The notes below the pieces were generated by a model. The model was not told the origin of the DNA, did not search any database, and saw only the letters and a list, made by a program, of their open reading frames with translations. Both the position numbers and the translations under genes were made by a program. 64,000 bases of DNA, from the NCBI RefSeq assembly GCF_964188315.1, contig NC_135666.1, forward strand, positions 2,604,001 through 2,668,000, written 5' to 3'. Origin of the DNA: Podarcis muralis. Its lineage: Eukaryota. Below are positions 36,751 to 48,485 of this stretch, piece by piece; position 1 is the stretch's first letter; the number at the start of each line of letters is the position of its first letter.

Positions 36751-37294
36751 CAGTATTACAGTATACGCAGAAAAGGAAATTTGATATAAAAGCACAATTA
36801 AAAGTCCTGAATCAGCTGTCAGTTAGTGGCCCTTATTCTGCTTGCCCCTGCTATGAACCTAGCAACCTTTGCTGTTATCTGTTCATTTTGATCTGATAGA
36901 AGAAAGGGCATTGTGGCAGTGGCTGAGCGCCCTGGGATGGTTAGTACGAGTGGGGTGATGGTCTCGTTCCTCAGGGCTTTGTAGAGGGTGCAAGACAGGA
37001 GGGCGCTGTTTTGGTGCTACCATCTCCACAGGGGCAAGGAGATAAGTACCGGTAACTACACAGTCAAACCTCGGTGTTTTTACATGAGTAGAATGTGTCC
37101 TTTTATTTAAAATGCATCTCTGGGTTATTTGTGGGGCATAGGAATTCGTTCATTATTATTTTTGTCAAAATATAGTCCAGCCCCCCGCAAGGTCTGAGGG
37201 ACCGTGGACTGGCCCACGGCTGAAAAAGTTTGCTGACTCCTGATGTATGCCACCACTGCGGCCCATGTTTGGTAGCCCCCAAATGGAAAACGAG

Positions 37295-37534
37295 TTTGGA
37301 TTTGGATTTGATATCCCGCTTTATCACTACCTGAAGGAGTCTCAAAGCGGCCAACATTCTCCTTTCCCTTCCTTCCCCACAACAAACACTCTGTGAGGTG
37401 AGTGGGGCTGAGAGACTTCAGAGAAGTGCGACTGGCCCAAGTGTGACTCCTCTGCATGTGGAGGAGCAGAGACGCGAACCCGGTTCCCCAGATTACGAAT
37501 CTACCGCTCTTAACCACTAGACCACACTGGCTCT
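37295..37534 (-). mobile_element. Squam3-type tRNA SINE
   Basis: gagccagtgtggtctagtggttaagagcggt...ccgctttgagactccttcaggtagtgataaagcgggatatcaaatccaaatcc. Confidence 0.75.
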
Positions 37535-37549
37535 CTTTGGTTGAGTGAG

Positions 37550-38290
37550 GTCTCAAACAAAGAAGAATGGCAACTTAAACTGATGGAATATGTGCAGCTT
37601 GCGGACCTAACATACAGAATAAGAGAACAAGAAGAACATATGTTTAAAGAAGATTGGGAAATATTTATTGAATATATGGGGAAAAATTGTGTACACTTGA
37701 AAACGTTGGCAGCACTAAGATAAATTAAACAGTGTAAATAAGTTTTGATGGATGCAATAATGGAATACTGAATGGTTTATATAAAATATGCAGGGATTTA
37801 TACTATGCTAAATGAACCATGGAAAGAGAAGAAGGGAAGTCATTGATATTTTAAGGTTGTCTAAATGAATATTCAGGGATGCAGGTGGCGCTGTGGGTAA
37901 AAGCCTCAGCGCCTAGGGCTTGCCGATCGGAAGGTCGGCGGTTCGAATCCCCGCGGCGGGGTGCGCTCCCGCTGCTCGGTCCCAGCGCCTGCCAACCTAG
38001 CAGTTCGAAAGCACCCCCGGGTGCAAGTAGATAAATAGGGACCGCTTACTGGCGGGAAGGTAAACGGCGTTTCCGTGTGCGGCTCTGGCTCGCCAGAGCA
38101 GCAATGTCACGCTGGCCACGTGACCCGGAAGTGTCTGCGGACAGCGCTGGCCCCTGGCCTCTTAAGTGAGATGGGCGCACAACCCCAGAGTCTGTCAAGA
38201 CTGGCCCGTACGGGCAGGGGTACCTTTACCTTTTACCTTTAAATGAATAAATTGTAAAACAGAAAATTTAATAAAAATTATTTTTAAAAG
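37550..38290 (+). mobile_element. L1/Tx1-clade 3' fragment interrupted by a Sauria SINE
   Basis: KEEWQLKLMEYVQLADLTYRIREQ ORF2 end, then 3' UTR. Confidence 0.75.
37876..38239 (+). mobile_element. Full-length Sauria SINE with 10-bp TSD
   Basis: gggatgcaggtggcgctgtgg head, B-box ggttcgaatccc, (accttt)n tail, TSD taaatgaata. Confidence 0.9.
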
Positions 38291-38519
38291 GGAAAAAAGA
38301 AAACTTGGTCTGGGCTCCATCAAATGAGGCATACCAGTTGCTGCTCTGAGAAATAGGTGGTGGACGGGAAAGGAAGAGGCGACACAACTGAGGATTACGT
38401 TATGCATGGCACAAAGTGGGTAGTTTTTCACCCTCCCTCATAATGTGGGAACTTGAGTCCAATGAAGCTGGAAGAGTCAGGACAGGTAAAAGTTCTTCAT
38501 GCAGCACATAAACTATAAA

Positions 38520-39105
38520 CAGCACGGTCTTGTAGAAAGGTTGAAGCTTACTGGGAAATGATATATAAGGAATTGAAAAGGATGTTTAAAATAACTTTTG
38601 TTAAAAAAAACCCCCAGAAGCTTTTCTTTTGGGAATTCTAGGGAGAGAACTACCTAAACTTGTATAGAAATTTGTTTATGTCTGCTACTACAGCAGCAAG
38701 AATGTTGCTTGCCCAAAAATGGAAAGAAGTCCCAGCAAAGGAAGAATGGATAGAAAAACTTATGGAATATGCAGAAATGGCAAAACTTACCGGAAGAATA
38801 AGAAGTCAAGATAACGAACTTTTTATAAAAGAATGGAAATGGTTTATTGAATATTTACAGATAAATTGTAAACAGATAAAAACACCAGCAGGATTATTGT
38901 TAACAACCTGCAGTTTTATAAGAGTATATAATTAAAATGGATGAATAAATGAGCAAATTAAGTTGATTTGGATATGCAGAAGGTATTAAAAATAAATTTA
39001 AGGAGCCACGGAAAGGGGAAAGGAAGTCAAGTTTTGAAATGTTAAGGTGATTGTAAATTTGATGAAACATATTAATCTGAAAAGTATAATAAAAAACAAA
39101 AAACA
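38520..39105 (+). mobile_element. L1/Tx1-clade LINE 3' fragment
   Basis: AARMLLAQKWKEVPAKEEWIEKLMEYAEMAKLT ORF2 C-terminus, A-rich tail. Confidence 0.8.
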
Positions 39106-39109
39106 TGTA

Positions 39110-39290
39110 AACGGCGTTTCCGTGCGCTCTGGATTCCGTCACAAATGTCCCGTTGCTCCAGAAGCACGTGCTCCAGACCACGACCCAGAAAGCTGTCTGC
39201 GGACAAACGCTGGCTCTCTCAGTCTGAAAGTGAGATGAGCGCTGCAACCCCATAGTCGCCTTTGACTGGACTTAACCATCCAGGGGTCCT
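39110..39290 (+). mobile_element. Sauria SINE 3' half
   Basis: gtaaacggcgtttccgtgcgc...ggggtcctttaccttac. Confidence 0.75.
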
Positions 39291-39735
39291 TTACCTTACT
39301 ATCTAGTTCAACTGTGGAACTCCCTCCCACAAGAGACAGTGAGGCCAATCGAGATAGCTTTAAAAATGAAGAGAAATTCAGGGAGGAGAGGGCTATCGAT
39401 GGCTCCTGGCCACAATGGCTATGCGCTGCCGCCACAGTCAGACACAGTGATGCTTCTGAATCCCTGTTCCCAGGAAACCCCAGGAGGGGAGAATTGCTCC
39501 AGTGCTCAAATCCTGCTTGTGGGATCTGGTTGGCCCCTGTGACGCCAGAAAAATGCTGGATTAGATGGGTATTTGGCTTTATCCAGCAAAGCTCAGATCC
39601 CACATCAGAAGCCATAAATCACCAGGCCATAAATGCAGAGTGAAGCTGCCCCATGTAGCAGCCAGCCTTGGGGGGAAAAGCACTGAAACGCACCTTATTC
39701 ACTTTATGAAATAGATCGCTACACACATGGAGATA

Positions 39736-39999
39736 CAGTGGTACCCCGCAAGACGAATGCCTTGCAAGACGAAAAACTCGCAAGACGAAAGAGTTTTTCG
39801 TTTTTTGAGTTGCTTCGCAAGACGAATTTCCCTATGGGCTTGCTTCGCAAGACGAAAACGTCTTGCAAATTTGTTTCCTTTTTCTTAAAACCGTTAATAC
39901 CCAGGGTGCATTGCTTGAAGAGGTGCTTCGCAAGACGAAAAATTCGCAAGACGAAAAAACTCGCAGAACGAATTAATTTCGTCTTGCGAGGCACCACTG
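39736..39999. mobile_element. Tigger-like MITE
   Basis: TA|cagtggtaccccgcaagacg...cgtcttgcgaggcaccactg|TA. Confidence 0.9.
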
Positions 40000-41027
40000 T
40001 ACAGGAAGCATTGCTCCCATTTTAAAGCTTTTCTGCCTGTGGGAAGGATGCTTCAAATCAACGTTCAAGGGCTATTCTGATTCCCACGCGGAGATTAAAT
40101 CTCAGTGGGGGGAACACGATTTTTCTCTCGGTGGGCGGCCACTGAAAAGCTCTATCAGCCAAGCCAGCAGCAACACACCTCCCCAAAATGTAATCCGGGA
40201 AACCACCTCGGAAATAGCAGATCCAAAGGAAATTATTATTTATTTTTATTTTTATTAATATTAAATCAAGGTCTCAGGAACTCCCAGGACTTTTCTGAGC
40301 TCGTCCACCCAGATTCCTGGACTTGCATCTCTTGACATTTTCTTCCCAAGATGGGGCAGCCGCCCACGTCCATTAAGACCCCATTCTCTGCCTAGGTAGA
40401 ATGTCCCATCTTCTTTCCAGCAGAGAGGCAATGTTGCCAAGTGGTTTGAGGGTCAGGCTAGGACCTGGGAGAGACCACGGTTCAAATCCGCAGCCGGGGA
40501 TGAAGGTCGCAGAATGTGGACTCAGGCCATTCACCGACTCCCAGCCTAACTTACCTTGCAAGGGATTGTTAAAGGGGTTGTTAAAGGGATTCAAGCAGCA
40601 GGTGGAGAAGCATGTCCACCACTTGGAGCTCCTTAGAGAAAAAGGTGGGGTGTGAATGCAGTAAACAATTTCCTGGGAGACCCTTGTCTCCTATCGGAGC
40701 ATTTGAGGCATGCAGGTTACCCAGGCACTGCCATACTTTGAGGGAAGTTGCACCTGGGTGTTCCTCAAAACTCTTGGAGAAAGGGCCACCCTAGCCTAAA
40801 AATCAGTGGCCTCTTCTTTTTATGTTACACCAAATAGCAAATAAGGTTTTTTCTGCTGCTCCGGGGGGGGGGGGGGGGAGAACCCAAATTGATGGGTTCG
40901 AAGAAAGGGAATTCTGACTGAACCTTAGGAAGAGCTGACATTAAGAGCTGTTTTGACAGTGGAAAGGACCCCCTCAGAAGGTGGTGGACTCTCCTTTATT
41001 AGGAGTTTTTTAAATAAGAGGTTGGAT

Positions 41028-41760
41028 GATAATAATATAATAATTACTTATACCCTACCCATCTGGCTAGGTTTCCCCAGCCACTCTGGGCGGTTCCCAA
41101 CAAAATATTAAAAACTTACTGTCAAATATTAAAAGCAGGGGGCTGCCTTCAGATGTCTTTTAAAAGTCAGATAGTTTTTATTTCCTTGATGGGGAGGGCA
41201 TTCCACAGGGTGGGCTCCACTACTGAGAAGGCCCTCTGCCTGGTTCCCTGTAGCTTTGCTTCTCTCAGGGAGGGAACTGCCAGAAGGCCCTCAGAGCTGG
41301 ACCTCAGTGTCTGTGGGGCTGAAGGATGGGGGTGGAGACGCTCCTTCAGGTCTACTGGGCTGAGGCAGTTTAGGGCTTTCAAGGTCAGCACCAACACTTT
41401 GAATTGTGCTCAGAAATGTACTGGGAGCCAACGTAGGTCTTTCAAGACCGGTGTTATATGGTCTCGGCGGCCGCTCCCAGTCCTCAGTCTAGGTGCCGCA
41501 TTCTGGATTAGTTGTAGTTTCTGGGTCACCTTCAAAGGTAGCCCCACATAGAGCACATTGCAATAGTCCAAACGGGCGATAACTAGAGCATGCACCACTC
41601 TGGCAAGACAGTCTGTGGGCAGGTAGGGTCTCATCCTGCGCACCAGATGGAGCTGGTAAACAGCTGCCCTGGACAAAGAACTGACCTGCGCCTCCATGGA
41701 CAGCTGTGAGTCCAAAATGACTCCCAGGCTGTGCACCTGGTCCTTCAGGGGCACAGCTCC
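41028..41760 (-). mobile_element. L2 3' fragment inserted into a CR1 3' fragment
   Basis: PLKDQVHSLGVILDSQLSMEAQV...LRWLPV remnants; flanks rejoin as gaggttggatg|ccatctgtcaggg. Confidence 0.9.
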
Positions 41761-44700
41761 ATCTGTCAGGGATTCTTGAGCTGCGATTCCTGCATTGCAG
41801 GGGGTTGGGCTAGATGACCCCCAGGTTCCCTGCCAACCCTACAATTCTGGGGCTGTACGTCTTCTACCCACAAGACCATGCCAGTGTCTCACACACAAGC
41901 AGGACGCTCACTCCAGCAACTGTAAGAAAGCCTTTATTGCAAACAAACATAGCTCAGAAAATAATAATAAAACATAATAATTATTATAATAATAATACAT
42001 CTGGAATAGCCCTAAGGGGCCCGTCTGGGTTAATGGGGATGAAGATATCAACATGTCGTAAAAGGAGGCAACTTATGGAGGAGGCAGGGAGAAGGGGGGG
42101 GGCAAGGGAGGGGGCTTTCTGGCAATGTCACAGAAATGTTTCCAGCCAACTATTGTTGGCTTGTCCGTCCCCCCCCCCCCCCGTCTCCCTCTCCAGGCTG
42201 GCTGCCTCCCACCCAACTGCAACCTCATTCCATCGGCTGGCTGCCTGCCTGGGCCAGAACTTGGAGGACCCCAACACTGCCAGATAGAAACCTTCCTCCT
42301 CCAGGCTACAGAGGGAGTCATGATTTATACTGGGGGGGTTCAGGGATCTCCCAGCCCCAAATGTCCAGCTGAAATCCGGATGGGTCAAGCAAGTCCAATG
42401 CAAGCGGTCGGCAGTGGGTCCGGGATGAACAAAAAGTATTTTCAGCACACGACGAGGCTATTCGCTCGTGGGTTTTGCCGCGCTTCCGTGGGATGCCACG
42501 ATGGCTGCGAATGTAATGTCCTTTATCGAAAGGAGGAGGCAAGTTAATGGGGGGTCAGGACAGGCTAAATGAACCCTCCATGTGCAGAGGCGATATAGGA
42601 TGGGCCCCCTTGGCCGGTGGAGGGGAGACACACACAGCGGACAACAGAGAAGAGCCATTGCCATCACGCCCAGGAGCCTGGCTGGCTGGCCTCTCTACTG
42701 GAGACAGAGTGCTGGGACCCGGTTCTGACCCTGCAAGGCAATGGTGTTCTTCGGTCCTACTTAATTTTTGTGGGTTCACCTGCCGCGGACACCTGCAGCG
42801 CCCAAACTGCAAATGTCCAGGGCAAGGGGGTGTCAGGCACGAGGCTTTGGCTTCACGCTCCAGAGGACAGAGGGGGCTGGAAGTGGTTCTTCCCCAGCTC
42901 GGCTGGGCCCACACTGCTCCCCAAAGATTCCCAGCCTCTCTGGCCTTTTCTGCCTCTGCCTAGTCACCCCTCCAAGCCACAGAACAAAACGACAGACAAA
43001 CACAGAAGCTACAAGGAGCTGACATTGGCGATGCACAAATTAAGCCTGTTCGAAACCAGTTTAAGCCACTGGGAGGTCCTGCACACAGGAATCCTGGAGA
43101 AATGAGGTTTTGTAGAGGTTTATATTTTAGGGAGCCTCGTCTTCATAGAAGCAACAGTCCAGATCAAACTCAAGTTGGCCATGATTGAACTGGGGCTGGG
43201 GAAACTGAGTTAAAATAACACAGAGAAAATATATATATTTTTTTATTTCAGCGGGGGGAAATTATCACAAAGAGACCTTCTGCTGGAAATCCTTAAGGGG
43301 CCAAATGTTTCCGTAACACCTTCATTGATGGCTTTGTTAAAAAACCTAGCATCGCAGTTCAATAGGCTTTGATTTCTGATTTGCAACTACATAAAGGAGA
43401 ACACAAAACATTTTGCTCCAACATGCAAAGGAGTTCTGGTTTGCTAGCACCATGACATGCCCAACAAATCAACTTCCCCGAGTCAAATATTTCCAGTATC
43501 CTCCACCTGAGGAGGCTTAAAATGTCAAAGGCCTCCACTGGGACACTTCCCAAAGTGCATTTGGGACACGTTTTGCACACCGATGCAAGTTTGCTCTCCT
43601 CTTTTAAGCAACTGCAAATCAGAAATCAAAGCTCTATCACAGTGCATTGCGATGTTTCCAACAAGGCAGCCAATGAGGAATTTTGATTTTGTCAAAAGAT
43701 AGCTTGGTCCATCAAGGATTTATATTACTGCATTTATAAGATGTTAATGTCATTGTAATATAAACTGCATTTTCTTTACACACTTTTTACCTTAACGGGG
43801 GGGGGGGGGGGCGTGAGTCACCTAGTTTTCGTGAAGGATGAAAGTCCCATCGCTTTCAATGGGTCTTTGCCACAACTAGCTGAACTGGGACCCCAGAGAG
43901 TCTCCTACTCAGGTGCAATGACAGTTAAACAGGTTCTGAGCCAGTTTAAAATGTACGATGGAGGCAGATCCAAAAAGGGAGGTTCTAACTGAAGCACGGC
44001 TGGACTTGGGAGCAGGGGGCGCTCAGAACCATCTGGCCAGGGTTCCCCACACGCCCAGCCATCGCTCAACTCATCCTGTCTGTCAAACTGCAGGGCAGGA
44101 AGAAGCGAGGACCACTTCGACCCAACCACCAACAACCCTCCTTCTCTTCCAGTTACACTTGCTGAAGATGTGCGATGCTGAGGCCACTCCAAGGCTGCTG
44201 CCTGGTTGGCGAAGCTCCTTATAAGCAAAACCAGGTTGAAAGAGGGCTAAGATCCTGCTGGCGGCTGCAGCAGGGATCCCGGCGACTCGGGGTCTCTCTG
44301 CAGCCGCGAAAGAAACACTCAAGCTACTATGGGTCGCAAGGAACCAAGGGGGGTGGGATGCCAGTGACCCAGAGCCTGCAACAGAAGTCTTCTTGATAAG
44401 CTTTGCATCAATCGAGGAACTAACGCCCCCCCTCCCCCAACACAAACACAATTGACTGGGTATTGCCGACGGCGAGGGGAGAAATGTAAAGTTAGAAGGA
44501 TCCAGAAACTCCTCGTCAAGGTCCAAGCAACCAGGCCTTGAGGAAAGACCCACCAACACCCCTTTGCCTACCTAATCTGGGCTATGAGCAAGAGGGCAAG
44601 TGCACTTCAGGAAGTTTTGTCTGCAGGACAGAGAGCGTCAAGAGGCGGCTCAAGCAAGCTGGGGTAAGCAGAAATGCATGGCAAGGAAGGGTGGGGAGGG

Positions 44701-47700
44701 AACAGCTCCCCGTAAAACAAGACGCATACACAGGCCCCCCCAAACGCAACAGAATTTCACTGGGGCACACAAGAGTCCACCCTATCCGACACCCCACCTG
44801 CGGCTCTGAAGGGAGACGAAAGAAGCACGAGTTCTTAAGTGGCCTGTGCCAGGGTCCAGGGATGCCAGCGCTACTTGAAGTGGGGAGGGTGCCTCTGTCA
44901 CAAGCAAGTACCATCTTGTCTGGTTCTAAACGGGCCAGAGATGGACTGACACACTGACGCAGGGGGCTGGGCAGCCCACCTCCCACGTCCTTGGACTGAA
45001 TAGTTTTGCAGTCAGCACACCACAGGCCTGTCCCCAGAGGCCGGCAGCCGGCTCCCTCTGCTTCTGCCTCCCCCTGCCACCGCCCCCTCTCACGCCCACC
45101 CGCCCTGGCCAGAACAACCCACTTGGGTTTCAGCATGCAACCGGGGAAATGCCAAGCAAGCACGTCTGCGCCAACGTGTTCCCCCCCAGAACACTCCCTA
45201 CAGCACAGAGCAGGAAGGTGAAGGCCAAAGAACCGGACACAAGCACAAGGACCGAAAAGAGCTTTCTTGGCTGCCGATAACATCAATTGTTCTTTTGCTC
45301 CCTCCTCCCCAAAGGGGTTGGCGCCCAACGCCTCCTCCCAGAAAACACACACATTGCATTTAAGTCACCAGCCCCAAAAGATCCGTCAGGCACAAGCAGA
45401 GCATCTCTTTTCCCCACGGCTGCCCTGGACCCGGGATTGCCAGCAAGGCAATCTCTAAAACCCTTCTCCAAAACCCCTGCGCAAGAAGGGGCCCTCTGCA
45501 GAGTGGAGAGCTACCTTCTCCAGTCGGGATCCCTCCACAGCAGCTCAGGTGGTTTAGGAGTGAAGCCTTAGCCTGGAACAAATGCCCAGCCTGGCGAAGG
45601 GAGCCTGGGAGGGAGGTGGGGCGTTTGACGTTCCTGAGGCCAGAGCTGACCCAGGTTTCTCTCCAGCCTCCTGGGGAAGGGGTGGCTTTTACTCAGAGCC
45701 AGGAAGCTGCACAGTGCAGAGGTCGGGGCAAGGGCTGCATCCCTCCCAACTGCAGAAGACCCTTGCATCTTGGCACTCCAGGTACTTCCCCCACCCCCAG
45801 AGACATCAGAGCGGGTCCTTGAGAGGTGGGAACAAACCATTCCCCAAACACTAAAGGATCAAACATTAATTCTCCAGCCTCGCTCTGGGTCGGGGGCAAC
45901 GTGTAACAGGACGAGAAGAATCAGCCACAGGGTCTCCCGCCTTTGCATTGCAGCCACAGGGAGCTTCCCCTTTGTTTGCACCCATAAGTACATAAACCCT
46001 TTGCACTGCCCCCCCCCCCCCGCCCAAGCCACACACAAAAACGGCCGATAGCCAGAGGGATGGCGAGATACAGACACCTTAGAGGATCCACTCACTTTAT
46101 CAGCTGTGTTGCATGTATCCTGGCTCTCTCACGCTTCTCTTTCCACCCACTTTCTCCTTGGGCATTTTGCACTTTTCTGGCACGGGGGGGGGTCTTTGCC
46201 CCCCCTCAGCCACCTGGGCCTCCCCCCCCCCCCAGACTCACACAGATTCTCTTCCTTTGGGCAACTCAGCATCTCAACCAGCCTTTGCCTGCTGGGCCTG
46301 GCGGGAGCTGGGAATCCAAGAGCACTTGCGGGGCCTCAACTGGGCACAGTCTGGCCAAGACGACCCGACAGCCTGCAGCCCCTCAAGGAAACAGAGCCAG
46401 CGTTGTCTGGGGCATGCAGTTTCCACACCTCCTGGACTCCTTTGGGGCTCTCATGCCTCTTGTATCCCACAACTCTCTCCTCTGCCACCCGACTGTGCCC
46501 TGCCCACGGCTTCTAAAGCACCTGGCCCAGTTTTATGTGCAGTCAACACCCTCCCCACCACGACGCCACCCTCCAACCAGGACTGGTTGACAAAGTGGGC
46601 CGAGGATCTGAGAGCTTAAGGCACAGATTCCCCCTCTCGTTGCCCGGGGTCCTTTTTCTAAGGGGTGGCATCCCTAGGGGAGGTTTGGGGGCCTGCTCTG
46701 CAAAGCAGGGGAGGAACAAGCAGCCCACCAACATGGCTGCCCACTGAGCCAGTGCAGAGAGCCCTCTAGCCCATCAAGCCAGCGCGGTCTCTGCAGACCA
46801 GTCAACACACGGTGGGGAAGCCAGAGGGGCCACGCGGCAGAAGGCAGAACCAAGGTCAAGGGGGCCTAACGGGGGTCACATGTAAAGTGCTTCGGCTGCT
46901 TCTCCTGCCCCACAACCCAGCCTTCCCGAGAGGAGGGACCCCTGGACATCCCTCCCCTCCTCCTCCTCTTTGGTCAACGCTTCCATACCTCATCCACGCC
47001 TACACTACAGACCGGCCTTGGTCCCAGCCTGGTGCCCTGGGGGGGGGGGGGGTTTGGAGCACAACTCCCACCAGCTACGGGATTTCTGCTCCAAAGCACC
47101 CGGAGGGCACAAGGGCCTGGAGAAGGCAGCTTTGGACGCTTCTAGGCCACCAGTTGCACCCAGGTTTGGGGACAAGGCAGGTGCCTCTCCTCTTCACAGC
47201 TGCCCAGAGCTCGCTGGACGGCCTTGTGGAGGGGCTGCTTCCCACCAGCGCCGCCTCCCCCTCCGCAGGCTGAAGACGAAGGAAGCCCAGCTCTCCTCGC
47301 AGAGTGGACTTTGCTGCTTGCGCCCAGGATCCGGACCGCTCCGTAGCAACGCGCCGCTTCTGAAGCATGCTGAAGTCCTCCCCCCCCCCCTCTGCCAGTC
47401 TTTGGAGGGGCGGGGCTTCTTCCCTTCTTCAACCACCCGCCCCACTTTTCCGTGAAAAGGCAAAGCATGCAGAGTGCCATCGGGCAGGAGAGGCGTCCAA
47501 GAGTCTGCTCTGCCCGCGAGGAAGCAGGGGAGCGTGGAGATTATGGGCAAGGGTTCTTGGCACAAGTTTGCCCCCTCCCCACCCCCGGAAAATCCAACCA
47601 TCCGTGTTGCTCCTGCAGCAGACTGATAATGTTCCTCGTCACCCGAATCTCCTGCATTCGGTATCCTCGGTTGCACAGGGCAAACGAGGGAAATGAGCCC

Positions 47701-48485
47701 GGGGTCTGGTAGGCGAGATCCCCAGGTAGACCGTTGCCTGCAGAGTCCAGCAGCGGCTGTTCCTGTGGTTCTTTTGTGCTGGTCAACTCTGGCTGGCCTC
47801 GCACGGCAGCTAAGGCATCTCCCAGTTTCACACGTAGGACGCTGTCCTCTCCTGCACCCGCCACTCTGGACCCCGAAGGCGAGAGATCCCAGGTGGAATT
47901 TGCTAGGCGACAGCAGGCATGTGGAAGGAGCGGAAGAAAGCAGGTCCTCTCCAGAGTCCTCTTTTCAAAGGAAGACCCTATAACGTTGCTGCCTGCCAGT
48001 CAGGAGATGCTGCCTGCTTGCAGGGCCCCTTTCGCCTCCCCTGGGGGAGGCAGATTTCCGCCGCATCTGTGCTGCACGAGGCGGTTGAGCAGAGTTCCGC
48101 TGGTTCCTGGGGTGGGGGGAGGAGGGTGTGGTACATGGCGGGGGGGCGGGGCGGGATTGTAGGGATGAAGAAAATACACTTGGCACAATGACACCCCCGC
48201 GGGCGCAAGCTTCTAGGGGGAGAAGTCTGGTGGTGCTGCAAGAAATCTTGATCTTTTTCTGTGCCAGGAGATGCAGGAGCGAAGAGGGGGGTTTTGCACG
48301 TGTCTCAAGATTTGGGGGGGTCGGTGCAGGCTGAGGGCTCTCCTGTCCACAATACATGCATGAGCCCCACCGCCTTGCCCCACCGCCGAGGGCTGTTTAT
48401 GTGTGGGAGGTCCTTTGTGGGGAGGGCCAAGCCCAGCCCCCACCAATCTGTGCTTGCACAGCGCCCGTCTGTGGGGAGGAGGAAA

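Noticed and set aside
44582-47864. Assorted 100-256 aa ORFs in the repeat-poor region
   Set aside because: No domains, no consistent frame or exon structure; expected by chance at this GC content.
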